A stretch of DNA of 64,000 nt from Escherichia coli. Its GTDB lineage: Bacteria; Pseudomonadota; Gammaproteobacteria; Enterobacterales; Enterobacteriaceae. Each line of letters opens with the position of its first letter. Positions within the stretch are counted from its first letter, which is position 1. Made by a program: the position numbers and the translations under genes. Where the stretch lies: NCBI RefSeq assembly GCF_003334385.1, contig NZ_QOWN01000016.1, one strand, 5' to 3'. The notes under the pieces were generated by a model. It did not search any database. It worked only from the letters and a program-made list of their open reading frames with translations, and had not been told where the DNA came from. Shown piece by piece: positions 35,636 through 51,816 of the stretch.

Positions 35636-35752
35636 AATTTCACCTAAGAACCTGCCCACTCAAACAGTGGAACAGGCTCGGAGCATTAACCGTACAAATG
35701 GCCCGTTGTGCCGCACAACAGACCGCCATGCACATGCTAATTGCCCGGACAA

Positions 35753-36040
35753 TTAGTGTTGTTTCAGTTTATCTTTATGTTTGGTCAACTGGCGTGCCAG
35801 CTTATCAATTAAGCCATCAATGGCAGCGTACATGTCCTGACCTTCCGCGCTGGCATGAATTTCACCACCGTTTACATGCAGTGTTGCATCTGAGGTGTGG
35901 GTGACTTTCTCCACTTTCAGAACAACATAGACCTGGTTGATTCGGTCAAAATATTGCTCAAGTTTGGCAAATTTGGCTGTAACAAATTCGCGCAGTGCCT
36001 CGGTGATCTCGACGTTATTTCCGGTAATGTTGAGCTGCAT
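35753..36040 (-). CDS. hpf: ribosome hibernation promoting factor
   Basis: ORF 35753..36124; start at MQLNITGNNVEITEALREF, 95 aa. Confidence 0.9.
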   Translation of the reverse strand: MQLNITGNNVEITEALREFVTAKFAKLEQYFDRINQVYVVLKVEKVTHTSDATLHVNGGEIHASAEGQDMYAAIDGLIDKLARQLTKHKDKLKQH

Positions 36041-36062
36041 AGTGTCTTCCTTATCGGTTGGG

Positions 36063-37496
36063 TCAAACGAGTTGTTTACGCTGGTTTGACGGCGGAATGG
36101 ATAAAGACTCTCGGTACTTCGCAACAGTGCGGCGTGCCACCATGATACCTTGTTCCGACAGCAAAGAGGTTAACTTGCTGTCGCTCAACGGTTTCGCTGG
36201 GTTTTCCGCCGCGATTAATTTCTTCACCAGCGCACGAATCGCCGTGGAGGAAGCTTCGCCGCCGCCCTCGGTATTGACGTGACTGGAAAAGAAATACTTC
36301 AGTTCAAAAATGCCTCGTGGACTATGCAGGTATTTTTGCGTGGTCACGCGAGATATCGTCGATTCATGCATTTCGACAGCCTGGGCGATATCGGCCAGTA
36401 CCATCGGTTTCATATATTCTTCACCTTGCTCAAAGAAGGCTTGCTGCTGTTCAACGATACAGCGACTCACGCGCAGTAGCGTATCGTTACGGCTTTCCAG
36501 ACTCTTGATCAACCATTTGGCATCCTGCAGATTGCTGCGGATAAACTGGCTGTCACCATCGTTGCGCGCGTTATTGCACATCGAGGCGTAGTGCTGGTTG
36601 ATTTGCAGACGCGGAATGCTGTCACTGTTGAGTTCTACCGTCCAGTGACCGTTATGCTTACGCACCAGCACATCTGGAATGACATACTCAGGTTCGCCAG
36701 TCTGGATCGACTGCCCGGGGCGCGGATCGAGCGACTGGATCAGATTGACGGCTTCTTTCAGCACATCTTCTTTCAGACGCGTGACGCGCATTAAAGTGCG
36801 GAAGTCGTGATTGGCTAACAGATCGAGATGATCGCTAATGATCAGTCTGGCCTCTTCCAGCCACGGCGTGGTCTTATCGAATTGGGAGAGTTGGATCAGC
36901 AGACAGTCACGCAGATCTTTTGCCGCCACACCGACCGGATCAAACCGTTGGATCCGCTTAAGGACGGCTTCAACTTCGTCGATGTCGATCTCTTCATCGC
37001 CTATACTTTCGAGAATATCTTCCAGCGGGACAGTCAGATAACCGGTTTCATCAACGGCATCGACGATAGAGGTAGCAATAGCGCGGTCAGTGTCGGAAAA
37101 CGGTGTCAGCTCAACCTGCCACATCAGGTAATCCTGCAAGGTCTGCGTCGTTTCGCCCTGGTAGACCGGCAGCTCGTCGTCAATGTAGTCACCGCTGGTG
37201 CCGGATGGTGTACCAGCGGTGTAAATGGTGTCCCAACTGGCATCGAGCGGCAGCTCTTCCGGCATCTCTTTTTGTTCGAGCGCGTCGGCGGTGTCCAGCG
37301 TTTCACTGTCTTGCGTTTCGCGGGTGTCGATTTCTTCATGAGTGTCGATTTGCTCAAGCAGCGGATTACTCTCCAGCGCCTGCTGTAGCTCCTGCTGAAG
37401 TTCCAGCGTCGACAACTGCAACAGACGAATTGCCTGTTGGAGCTGTGGCGTCATCGCCAGTTGTTGGCTAAGCCTGAGTTGCAAACCTTGCTTCAT
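36063..37496 (-). CDS. rpoN: RNA polymerase sigma-54 factor
   Basis: 477-aa ORF; Gln-rich N-terminus, acidic region, C-terminal RpoN-box [10 protein letters not shown]. Confidence 0.96.
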   Translation of the reverse strand: MKQGLQLRLSQQLAMTPQLQQAIRLLQLSTLELQQELQQALESNPLLEQIDTHEEIDTRETQDSETLDTADALEQKEMPEELPLDASWDTIYTAGTPSGTSGDYIDDELPVYQGETTQTLQDYLMWQVELTPFSDTDRAIATSIVDAVDETGYLTVPLEDILESIGDEEIDIDEVEAVLKRIQRFDPVGVAAKDLRDCLLIQLSQFDKTTPWLEEARLIISDHLDLLANHDFRTLMRVTRLKEDVLKEAVNLIQSLDPRPGQSIQTGEPEYVIPDVLVRKHNGHWTVELNSDSIPRLQINQHYASMCNNARNDGDSQFIRSNLQDAKWLIKSLESRNDTLLRVSRCIVEQQQAFFEQGEEYMKPMVLADIAQAVEMHESTISRVTTQKYLHSPRGIFELKYFFSSHVNTEGGGEASSTAIRALVKKLIAAENPAKPLSDSKLTSLLSEQGIMVARRTVAKYRESLSIPPSNQRKQLV

Positions 37497-37543
37497 GTTC
37501 AGAATCGTACTCTCCTGCTAAAACGTCGCAAACTTCTACCCTA

Positions 37544-38269
37544 TCAGAGTCTGAAGTCTTCCCCAAGGTATACACGCTTAACGTGTTCGTCTTGTAAGAT
37601 TTCTGTAGGCGTGCCGTGGGCGATCAAATGCCCCTGACTGACGATATAAGCGCGTTCACAAACCGCCAGTGTTTCACGCACGTTGTGGTCAGTGATCAGC
37701 ACGCCCAGGCCGCTGTCGCGCAGGTGCTCAATGATGCGTTTAATGTCGATAACCGAGATCGGGTCAACCCCGGCAAACGGTTCGTCGAGCAGAATAAATT
37801 TCGGATTCGCAGCCAGTGCGCGGGCAATTTCTACACGGCGACGTTCACCCCCGGAGAGTGACTGCCCCATGCTGTCACGCAGGTGCTCAATGTGAAACTC
37901 TTCCATCAACTCGTTCGCGCGGTCTTCACGTTGTTCAGCAGACAAGTCGTCACGAATTTGCAGTACCGCCATCAGGTTATCGTAAACGCTGAGGCGACGG
38001 AAAATGGAGGCTTCCTGTGGCAGATAGCCGATACCGCGGCGCGCGCGTGCATGCAGAGGCAGCAGACTGATATCGTCATCATCAATAATGATGTTGCCCG
38101 CATCGCGCGGCACAATGCCTACAACCATGTAGAAAGTGGTGGTCTTACCGGCACCGTTTGGCCCCAGCAGACCGACAATTTCCCCGGAGTTGACGGTCAG
38201 GCTGACGTCTTCTACCACGCGACGGCCTTTATAGGCTTTTGCAAGGTTCTTTGCAGTTAATGTTGCCAT
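37544..38269 (-). CDS. lptB: LPS export ABC transporter ATPase LptB
   Basis: 241-aa ORF; Walker [10 protein letters not shown] and ABC signature LSGGERRR. Confidence 0.95.
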
Positions 38270-38275
38270 AACGAA

Positions 38276-38833
38276 TTAATTACCCTTCTTCTGTGCCGGG
38301 GTCTGGCCTTTGTTGTTTTTGTCCTGCAGCTGCGACGGCACCAGAACGGTTGTTACGCGCTTGCCTTTGTCGCTGAAAGCCTGCATTTTCTGCTCTTTCA
38401 CCAGGTAAGTGATCTTATCGCCCTTAATGTTGCTATCGACCTGCTGCAGATAAGCATTACCCGTCAGAACGACAAAATCTTTTGCCAGTTCGTAGTGCAT
38501 CTGGGAAGCGTGACCTTCAACGGGTTTACCGTTGTCCTGCATCTGGTAGAACGTTGCCGGTTTACCGTAGCCGTCAATCACTTCTTTACCTTGTTCGCCG
38601 CCCGGACGGGTAACGACCACTTTGTCGGCATTAATTTTGATGGTGCCCTGGGTGACGATGACATTACCGGTAAAGGTAACCACGTTGCCTTGCATATCAA
38701 GAGATTGCTGGTCCGATTCAATGTGGATCGGCTGATCAGTGTCTCCGGTTACGGCAAATGCCGGAATGCTGGCGGCCAGAAGTGAGCTGGCAAGCACAAG
38801 ATTAAGGCTGAGTTTGTTTGTTTTGAATTTCAT
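38276..38833 (-). CDS. lptA: periplasmic LPS transport protein LptA
   Basis: ORF 38276..38854; start at MKFKTNKLSLNLVLASSLLAASIPAFA (signal peptide), 185 aa. Confidence 0.9.
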   Translation of the reverse strand: MKFKTNKLSLNLVLASSLLAASIPAFAVTGDTDQPIHIESDQQSLDMQGNVVTFTGNVIVTQGTIKINADKVVVTRPGGEQGKEVIDGYGKPATFYQMQDNGKPVEGHASQMHYELAKDFVVLTGNAYLQQVDSNIKGDKITYLVKEQKMQAFSDKGKRVTTVLVPSQLQDKNNKGQTPAQKKGN

Positions 38834-39377
38834 AGGATGTTCTAACCTTTTCAATCAGCTCGGCGTTCTTGCTGCGTAAGTTGCCGCGCATTTTCAGACC
38901 GCTGGAGTTAAATGTTGTTCCGTATAACGTGACGAGGTCTTCAGAGGTAACATCCTGCGTCACCAGATTGATCTGCGCGTTATCCGTCGTGATTCTGCGA
39001 AGTTGAGAGTCTGGCACAAGTGCGTTGACTTCAACGTGTCCATATAAATAGAGCATCCGGTCATTGGTCAGCTTGGCTTTATCTGCTTTTACGGACCATG
39101 TCGGGATTTTATCCTTATCAAACGTGGTAAGTACCGGCTGCGTAAACCACGAAACGGCCTGATCGGAATAATATTCAACGTGTTGAGCAATCAATCGATA
39201 GCTTAGTGCCCCTTCTGGGTTATAGACGAGCGTGTCCGTATGCTCGCTTTTATAGGTGGGATCATTGTTGTTGACGACCACCTGGGCGGTATCGTCTTTT
39301 TCGGCCATATTAATGCCGATCATCACCAGAACCGCCAGTGATAGCACAATGATAACCCAACGTCTGGCTTTACTCAT
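38802..39377 (-). CDS. lptC: LPS export inner-membrane protein LptC
   Basis: 191-aa ORF with N-terminal TM anchor; 32-bp overlap with lptA. Confidence 0.9.
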   Translation of the reverse strand: MSKARRWVIIVLSLAVLVMIGINMAEKDDTAQVVVNNNDPTYKSEHTDTLVYNPEGALSYRLIAQHVEYYSDQAVSWFTQPVLTTFDKDKIPTWSVKADKAKLTNDRMLYLYGHVEVNALVPDSQLRRITTDNAQINLVTQDVTSEDLVTLYGTTFNSSGLKMRGNLRSKNAELIEKVRTSYEIQNKQTQP

Positions 39378-39940
39378 ATCGATTGCCCTTTGGCTTCATC
39401 CAGTTTGCCCTGCGCCAGGAGTAATAAGTCGCAAACTTCGCGCACTGCGCCACGACCGCCAGCAATGCGCGTCACGTAATCGGCGCGCGGGATCAACAGT
39501 GGATGCGCATCGGCCACGGCGACGCTTAAACCCACTTTTTCCATTACCGGCCAGTCGATGAGATCATCGCCGACATAAGCCACATTTTCCGGGGCAATCG
39601 CCAGTTTTTCCAGCAGATCGCTAAAGGCGATCAGTTTGTTTGACTGCCCCTGATACAAGTGAGTGATCCCCAATGTGGCACAACGATCTTCTACCAGTTT
39701 AGCCTTTCGCCCGGTAATGATAGCGACTTCAATATCAGAGGTGAGCGCACAACGAATGCCATAACCGTCACGAACATTGAACGCTTTCAGCTCTTCGCCA
39801 TTATTGCCCATATAAATCAGGCCATCTGACAGTACGCCATCGACATCGAGGATCAGCAGACGAATGTTCTCTGCTTTTGCTATAACGTCGGCGCTGACAG
39901 GGCCGTAACAGGTCGCAAGCGACGCACCTGCTTTGCTCAT
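39374..39940 (-). CDS. kdsC: KDO-8-phosphate phosphatase
   Basis: 188-aa ORF; HAD-family motif DVDGVL. Confidence 0.92.
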   Translation of the reverse strand: MSKAGASLATCYGPVSADVIAKAENIRLLILDVDGVLSDGLIYMGNNGEELKAFNVRDGYGIRCALTSDIEVAIITGRKAKLVEDRCATLGITHLYQGQSNKLIAFSDLLEKLAIAPENVAYVGDDLIDWPVMEKVGLSVAVADAHPLLIPRADYVTRIAGGRGAVREVCDLLLLAQGKLDEAKGQSI

Positions 39941-39960
39941 TGTTGTTTATCCTTGAATCT

Positions 39961-40947
39961 TTACACTACGCCTGCACGCAGTAAATCATGCATATGTAAC
40001 ACACCGAGTAAATGGTCGCCATCGGCAACCATCACGGAGGTGATATGGCGGGACTGCATTAAGTTCAGTGCCTCAACGGCCAGAATGCCAGGGCGCACAC
40101 GTATTCCCCCCGGCGTCATCACATCGGCAATACTTAACTGACGAACATCCACGCCCATATCGAAGACACGGCGTAAATCACCGTCGGTAAAGATGCCTTC
40201 AATCATCATATTGTCATCGCAAATGACAGTCATACCAAGATTTTTGCGGGTAACTTCCAGCAACGCGTCACGCAGACTGGCCGTTTTCTTAACATGCGGG
40301 ATCTCATCGCCCGTATGCATAATATCGTTTACGCGCAGCAGAAGTTTACGACCCAGTGCGCCGCCTGGGTGTGAGAGCGCAAAATCTTCAGCAGTAAAGC
40401 CGCGTGCTTTTAACAGCGCGACAGCGAGGGCATCGCCCATAACCAGCGTGGCGGTGGTGCTGCTGGTCGGTGCCAGCCCTAACGGACAGGCTTCTTTCGC
40501 TACTTTAACACACAGATGCACATCTGCGGCGCGCGCCATGCTGCTCTCCGGGCGACCGGTGATGCAGATTAACGGTACGTGAAGACGCTTAAGCACTGGA
40601 ATTAAGGCCGTGATTTCGCTGGATTCACCAGAGTTAGAGATAGCAATCACCACATCCTGTGGGGTAACCATGCCTAAATCACCATGCGCGGCTTCACCAG
40701 GATGGACGAAAAATGAAGGTGTACCGGTGCTGGCAAACGTTGCCGCCATTTTTCGCCCAATATGCCCCGATTTTCCCATCCCCATGACGACAACTTTCCC
40801 TTTACACCAGAACATCTTTTCACAGGCAAGCGTGAAATTCTGATTGATGTATTGATCAAGCTCCGCCAGGCATTCACGTTCAATCGCCAGGACTTCTTTA
40901 CCTGCTTGCTGAAAGTCAAAACCCGGTTGTAACTCTACGTGCGACAT
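39961..40947 (-). CDS. kdsD: D-arabinose 5-phosphate isomerase
   Basis: ORF 39961..40968; start at MSHVELQPGFDFQQAGK, 328 aa; SIS domain plus tandem CBS domains. Confidence 0.92.
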   Translation of the reverse strand: MSHVELQPGFDFQQAGKEVLAIERECLAELDQYINQNFTLACEKMFWCKGKVVVMGMGKSGHIGRKMAATFASTGTPSFFVHPGEAAHGDLGMVTPQDVVIAISNSGESSEITALIPVLKRLHVPLICITGRPESSMARAADVHLCVKVAKEACPLGLAPTSSTTATLVMGDALAVALLKARGFTAEDFALSHPGGALGRKLLLRVNDIMHTGDEIPHVKKTASLRDALLEVTRKNLGMTVICDDNMMIEGIFTDGDLRRVFDMGVDVRQLSIADVMTPGGIRVRPGILAVEALNLMQSRHITSVMVADGDHLLGVLHMHDLLRAGVV

Positions 40948-40960
40948 AATGCGTTTCCAG

Positions 40961-41938
40961 TTATTCAACGAGTATTGGCGATAACCAGTACAACATCGCC
41001 AGCCATACGATAAATCCGCCAGTTAATAATACCCCTACACCACGGCCCGGTTGCGGGGAGCGCCGCCAGCACAGCAACGCAAAAATAATGCTCACCAGCA
41101 ACATCACGCTGTAGTCACGACTGTACGCCAGTGGATCAATCTCTCCTGGCGTTATCAGCGCGGGTAAACCCAACACGATGACAATATTAAAAATGTTTGC
41201 GCCAATGATATTTCCGACAGCAATGTCGTTTTCACCTTTGCGAACCCCCGCTATTGCGGTTGCCAGTTCCGGCAGGCTGGTTCCGATAGCAATTGCCGTC
41301 AGACCCATCGTCAACTCGCTGATGGCAAAGTAATTCGCCAGCACCGTGGCGTTATCAACCACCATCCGCGTGGCCACTGGCATGATGATAAGCGCAATGC
41401 CGAGCCATAAAAACGCGACGGGCAATCCGCCGTCACGCGGCAGCTCTGCAAGCTGCTCTCTGGTCAGGCTGTCAGTCCCCTGACGTTCAGCCTGACGTGC
41501 AAGTTTAACAATGAACAGCAGCCATAGCACAGCCAGAAAGAGGAGAAAGATACCATCGCTGCGACTAAGTTGTCCGTCATAGAGTACGGAACCGGCCACC
41601 ACGCTGACCAACAACATTAAGGGTAATTCACGGCGTAGAACATCAGAATGGACGGTAAAAGGACGAACCAGCGCAGCCAGACCGAGGATCAGCAATATAT
41701 TGATAATGTTTGAGCCGAGGGCTGTACCAACGGCTAAATCGCGTTGTTCGTGCAGAGACGCGGCAAGCGAGACGATGACTTCTGGTAACGATGTACCAAT
41801 ACTGACCACCGTCATGCCGATGATCAGCGGCGGGATGCCAAAGGTTCGGCAAAGAATAGACGCGGCAAAAACCAGGCGGTCGGCACTGTAAACGACCAAA
41901 AGTAAACCAACAATTAACAGTGCCGTAGCTAAAAGCAT
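40961..41938 (-). CDS. yrbG: putative Ca2+/Na+ antiporter (CaCA family)
   Basis: 325-aa polytopic membrane ORF, internally duplicated; upstream of kdsD. Confidence 0.88.
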   Translation of the reverse strand: MLLATALLIVGLLLVVYSADRLVFAASILCRTFGIPPLIIGMTVVSIGTSLPEVIVSLAASLHEQRDLAVGTALGSNIINILLILGLAALVRPFTVHSDVLRRELPLMLLVSVVAGSVLYDGQLSRSDGIFLLFLAVLWLLFIVKLARQAERQGTDSLTREQLAELPRDGGLPVAFLWLGIALIIMPVATRMVVDNATVLANYFAISELTMGLTAIAIGTSLPELATAIAGVRKGENDIAVGNIIGANIFNIVIVLGLPALITPGEIDPLAYSRDYSVMLLVSIIFALLCWRRSPQPGRGVGVLLTGGFIVWLAMLYWLSPILVE

Positions 41939-42147
41939 CTAACGTCCTTTCTTCAGGTATACTCGCCGGTCCGCTGAAGATTTTCAGAAAGCCGTAACGG
42001 ATGCTTAATTTTGACTTTATGCGGCTAAAAAGTAAAACAAATGCCAGCTTTCGCTAACCACGGCGGGTAATATTCTGTAAATATGTTGGGTTCAAGGTTA
42101 AATTGAGCGCCATGCTTAGAAAATCAACGCAAGACGAAGGGTGAATT

Positions 42148-43747
<1,600 letters not shown>

Positions 43748-43751
43748 GTTC

Positions 43752-44303
43752 ATGCAAACGAAAAAAAATGAAATTTGGGTGGGTATCTTTTTATTAGCAG
43801 CACTGCTGGCGGCGCTGTTTGTTTGCCTGAAGGCGGCGAACGTGACGTCCATACGTACTGAACCGACCTACACGCTTTATGCGACGTTCGATAACATTGG
43901 CGGCCTGAAAGCGCGCTCTCCGGTCAGTATTGGTGGCGTTGTTGTGGGTCGGGTGGCGGATATTACGCTGGACCCGAAAACCTATCTGCCGCGCGTAACG
44001 CTGGAAATTGAACAACGTTATAACCACATTCCAGATACCAGTTCGCTGAGCATTCGTACTTCCGGCCTGCTGGGGGAACAATATCTGGCATTAAACGTCG
44101 GTTTTGAAGACCCGGAACTGGGGACTGCTATCCTGAAGGATGGCGATACAATTCAGGACACTAAGTCTGCGATGGTGCTGGAAGATCTCATTGGTCAGTT
44201 CCTTTACGGTAGTAAAGGCGATGACAATAAGAATAGTGGCGATGCGCCAGCTGCTGCGCCAGGTAATAATGAAACCACTGAACCTGTGGGTACAACGAAA
44301 TAA
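43752..44303 (+). CDS. mlaD: MCE-domain phospholipid-binding protein MlaD
   Basis: ORF 43737..44303; start at MQTKKNEIWVGIFLLAALLAALF, 183 aa. Confidence 0.92.
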   Translation: MQTKKNEIWVGIFLLAALLAALFVCLKAANVTSIRTEPTYTLYATFDNIGGLKARSPVSIGGVVVGRVADITLDPKTYLPRVTLEIEQRYNHIPDTSSLSIRTSGLLGEQYLALNVGFEDPELGTAILKDGDTIQDTKSAMVLEDLIGQFLYGSKGDDNKNSGDAPAAAPGNNETTEPVGTTK

Positions 44304-44956
<653 letters not shown>

Positions 44957-44957
<1 letters not shown>

Positions 44958-45250
44958 TGAGCGAGTCACTGAGCTGGATGCAGACGGGTGACACGCTGGC
45001 GTTATCCGGAGAGCTGGATCAGGACGTTTTGCTACCGCTTTGGGAAATGCGTGAGGAAGCGGTGAAGGGGATTACCTGCATCGATCTTAGCCGTGTCTCC
45101 CGCGTGGATACGGGGGGACTGGCACTGCTGCTCCATCTTATCGATCTGGCGAAAAAGCAGGGCAACAATGTGACGCTTCAGGGGGTAAACGACAAAGTGT
45201 ATACCCTGGCGAAATTGTATAATTTGCCTGCTGATGTTCTGCCTCGTTAA
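44957..45250 (+). CDS. mlaB: STAS-domain protein MlaB
   Basis: ORF 44861..45250; start at MSESLSWMQTGDTLALSG, 97 aa; TAATG overlap with mlaC stop. Confidence 0.88.
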
Positions 45251-45409
45251 ATTTTTTCAGGCCGGATATGGCGTTAACCGCCTGTCCGGCAAACCTGCCT
45301 GCAAGTCGAGCCTTGTCTGATTTATCAGCGAGGCTTTTTGCTTATTTATGCCAGCGCAACTTTGCTCTAAGATGTTTCGCTGGTTTATTAACTGATGATT
45401 GAAGATCCC

Positions 45410-45664
45410 ATGGAAAATAATGAAATTCAGAGCGTGTTGATGAACGCTCTCTCCCTCCAGGAAGTCCACGTTTCCGGCGATGGCAGCCACTTTCAGGTTA
45501 TTGCCGTGGGTGAGTTGTTTGACGGCATGAGTCGGGTTAAAAAACAGCAGACGGTCTATGGTCCGCTGATGGAATATATTGCGGATAACCGCATTCATGC
45601 TGTGTCGATCAAAGCGTATACCCCTGCGGAGTGGGCGCGCGATCGCAAACTGAACGGCTTTTGA
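45410..45664 (+). CDS. ibaG: BolA-family acid stress protein IbaG
   Basis: ORF 45395..45664; start at [29 protein letters not shown], 84 aa. Confidence 0.88.
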
Positions 45665-45718
45665 GCTATGGGCGATTCGCCGGTAGCGGATATGAATTGT
45701 TAACTGAGAACAAACTAA

Positions 45719-46978
<1,260 letters not shown>

Positions 46979-47025
46979 TCGTCTGAGAGCTGGCAGCCCC
47001 GTTCGCGGGGCTACCGCCAGACCAC

Positions 47026-47304
47026 TCATTTTTTCGGTTTAGTGTAGCTACGCATCAACTGCGTTCTGTCGATAAACTCATGGGTCTGCGGATCATGGTA
47101 GCGTGATGGCCAGATAACCCAGGGGTCAGTTCCCAGGGCTTTCGCAATAATCATCTCTCCTTTCGGCCATGGGCGCGATAATGCATTCGCCAGCGTTGAG
47201 GAACTCAAACCATTTCTGCGAGATTCCGCCGCCATTGACGTTCCCTTCTTGCGCAAACCCGCAATGATGTCAGCGGGATGCCAGTCAATGAAATTACTTT
47301 CCAT
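47026..47304 (-). CDS. sfsB: Ner-like DNA-binding regulator SfsB (Nlp)
   Basis: 92-aa ORF; Ner-family HTH (..WHPADIIAGLRKKGTSMAAESRRNGLSSSTLANAL..). Confidence 0.85.
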   Translation of the reverse strand: MESNFIDWHPADIIAGLRKKGTSMAAESRRNGLSSSTLANALSRPWPKGEMIIAKALGTDPWVIWPSRYHDPQTHEFIDRTQLMRSYTKPKK

Positions 47305-47531
47305 TTTTCCTCACTCCTTAAGTTAGTCGCTTTCATTCAGAACACTTCTTCTGTCGAGTATCACTATACTCCTGATGGCCTATTGCTCTAAAAAGTTCCT
47401 GTAAAGAGTGTGAATATTCAGAATATATAAAGATGCACATCCCTATTTTTCAGGTGTTATAGAGCTGAATAAGTGTTTTTATGGAACTTACTGGAACCAT
47501 CCCGCGCGCTGCGCGGGATGAGGGGAGGGGA

Positions 47532-48503
47532 TTAACGATCGCGTTGAACAGCGATGTGCGCGAGGCCGATGAGTGCTTCTCGCCAAGGGGTGTCCGGGAG
47601 CACCTGTAACGCTGCGATGGCTTTGTCTGCTTCTTCCTCGGCACGCTGACGCGTCCATTCAAGAGATCCACAAGCGTTCATTGCTTCCAGAACCGGTTCC
47701 AGAAGATGGCGACCGTTACCCTGTTCGATGGCGGTACGGATCATCTGTGCCTGTTCTGGTGTGCCATGATGCATCGCATGCAGCAGCGGCAGCGTCGGTT
47801 TACCTTCGTTCAGATCGTCGCCGACATTTTTACCTAACTGTTCGCCATCGGCATTGTAATCGAGTAAATCGTCGATCAACTGGAAAGCAGTGCCGAGATA
47901 GCGCCCATAATCCTGCAGGCCTTTCTCCTCCTCCGGCGTACAGCCAGCCAGAATCCCGGAACACTGCGCGGCAGCCTCAAACAGACGCGCGGTTTTGCTA
48001 TAGATAACGCGCATGTAGTTTTCTTCAGTGATGTCCGGATCGTTAACGTTCATCAGTTGCAGAACTTCACCTTCTGCGATGACGTTTACGGCTTCTGACA
48101 TGACTTCCAGCACTTTGAGCGAACCGAGGCTGGTCATCATCTGGAAAGCGCGGGTATAAATAAAATCGCCTACCAGCACGCTGGCGGCATTGCCAAATGC
48201 GGCGTTGGCGGTAGCTTTACCCCTGCGCATATCTGATTCATCCACAACGTCGTCGTGTAGCAGAGTCGCCGTGTGGATAAACTCGATCAGGGCAGCAATG
48301 GTGACATGCGCATTTCCCTCATAGCCAACAGCTCGTGCAGCCAGTACAGCAATCATCGGACGAATACGTTTACCGCCGCCGCTGACGATGTAATAGCCTA
48401 ACTGATTGATCAGTTGGACGTCGGAATTAAGCTGCTCAAGGATTGCCGCATTAACACCCGCCATATCTTGCGCGGTTAACTCATTGATTTTTTCTAAATT
48501 CAT
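47532..48503 (-). CDS. ispB: octaprenyl diphosphate synthase
   Basis: 323-aa ORF; polyprenyl synthase DDxxD motifs (LLHDDVVDESD, DDLLD). Confidence 0.94.
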   Translation of the reverse strand: MNLEKINELTAQDMAGVNAAILEQLNSDVQLINQLGYYIVSGGGKRIRPMIAVLAARAVGYEGNAHVTIAALIEFIHTATLLHDDVVDESDMRRGKATANAAFGNAASVLVGDFIYTRAFQMMTSLGSLKVLEVMSEAVNVIAEGEVLQLMNVNDPDITEENYMRVIYSKTARLFEAAAQCSGILAGCTPEEEKGLQDYGRYLGTAFQLIDDLLDYNADGEQLGKNVGDDLNEGKPTLPLLHAMHHGTPEQAQMIRTAIEQGNGRHLLEPVLEAMNACGSLEWTRQRAEEEADKAIAALQVLPDTPWREALIGLAHIAVQRDR

Positions 48504-48725
48504 CGCAAAAGCCGGGCTTTTCGCCCCGATTACCTTACTGTGAACAAAGGCAACTTAGGGTTTATGGTTAGGAATATAGGGTGATTGTACTGAAAAAATG
48601 GCACAGATAAACGTTACCGTACAAGTTGTGTTTTTTTTCTTCGTGTATTGACTGTAGCACTTGTCAAAGGCGTGCGTTTTGCGTAATATTCGCGCCCTAT
48701 TGTGAATATTTATAGCGCACTCTGA

Positions 48726-49351
<626 letters not shown>

Positions 49352-49377
49352 GTTTTTCGCGTCCCGGTAACGGATGA

Positions 49378-49407
49378 AAGCCCCGCAACACGTTGCGGGG
49401 CTTTTTA
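49378..49407 (+). terminator. rho-independent terminator after rpmA
   Basis: AAAGCCCCGCAACACGTTGCGGGGCTTTTT. Confidence 0.8.
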
Positions 49408-49477
49408 CATTCGATAACCGGTAAAAATGCGCATGGTGCGACGTTAATCCGCAAATGCGCTTTGCAGGGAATACGGT

Positions 49478-50443
49478 ATGAAGCAGCAGGCAGGCATTGG
49501 CATTCTTTTGGCGCTCACCACAGCAATTTGCTGGGGGGCGTTGCCAATCGCAATGAAGCAGGTGCTGGAGGTGATGGAACCTCCGACAATCGTGTTTTAC
49601 CGTTTCTTGATGGCGAGTATTGGCCTGGGTGCCATTCTTGCGGTGAAGAAGAGGTTGCCGCCATTACGCGTGTTTCGTAAGCCACTCTGGTTGATTTTGT
49701 TGGCAGTGGCGACCGCCGGGCTGTTTGGGAACTTCATCCTGTTCAGCTCATCCTTGCAATACCTGAGTCCGACCGCTTCGCAGGTGATTGGGCAACTCTC
49801 GCCAGTTGGCATGATGGTTGCCAGCGTATTTATCCTCAAAGAGAAAATGCGCAGCACTCAGGTTGTAGGGGCATTGATGCTCCTGAGCGGCCTGGTGATG
49901 TTTTTTAACACCAGTCTGGTCGAGATATTTACAAAGCTCACCGATTACACCTGGGGAGTTATCTTTGGGGTCGGTGCGGCGACGGTTTGGGTGAGTTATG
50001 GCGTGGCGCAAAAGGTTTTATTGCGTCGGCTGGCCTCACCGCAGATCCTGTTTTTACTGTACACTTTATGTACAATTGCGCTCTTCCCTCTGGCAAAGCC
50101 TGGAGTGATAGCGCAGCTTAGCCACTGGCAGCTCGCATGTTTAATTTTTTGCGGACTGAATACCTTGGTAGGATATGGCGCCCTGGCGGAAGCGATGGCT
50201 CGCTGGCAGGCAGCGCAGGTGAGCGCGATCATCACGCTCACCCCACTGTTTACGCTGTTTTTTTCAGATCTTTTATCACTGGCCTGGCCCGATTTCTTCG
50301 CCAGACCGATGTTAAACCTTTTAGGTTATCTCGGTGCGTTTGTCGTGGTTGCGGGCGCGATGTATTCCGCCATTGGTCATCGTATTTGGGGCGGATTACG
50401 TAAGCATACAACGGTGGTATCGCAACCCCGCGCAGGCGAATGA
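49478..50443 (+). CDS. yhbE: EamA/DMT-family inner membrane transporter YhbE
   Basis: 321-aa polytopic membrane ORF; conserved position between rpmA and obgE. Confidence 0.85.
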   Translation: MKQQAGIGILLALTTAICWGALPIAMKQVLEVMEPPTIVFYRFLMASIGLGAILAVKKRLPPLRVFRKPLWLILLAVATAGLFGNFILFSSSLQYLSPTASQVIGQLSPVGMMVASVFILKEKMRSTQVVGALMLLSGLVMFFNTSLVEIFTKLTDYTWGVIFGVGAATVWVSYGVAQKVLLRRLASPQILFLLYTLCTIALFPLAKPGVIAQLSHWQLACLIFCGLNTLVGYGALAEAMARWQAAQVSAIITLTPLFTLFFSDLLSLAWPDFFARPMLNLLGYLGAFVVVAGAMYSAIGHRIWGGLRKHTTVVSQPRAGE

Positions 50444-51631
<1,188 letters not shown>

Positions 51632-51655
51632 TCACTGATGATAAACGCCAAATCA

Positions 51656-51753
<98 letters not shown>

Positions 51754-51785
51754 ATAAACAAAGCGCACTTTGTCAATAATCTGAA

Positions 51786-51815
51786 GCCCCGGCCATGTGC
51801 CGGGGTTTCTTTTTG
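51786..51815. terminator. terminator hairpin between convergent obgE and dacB
   Basis: GCCCCGGCCATGTGCCGGGGTTTCTTTTTG. Confidence 0.7.
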
Positions 51816-51816
51816 A

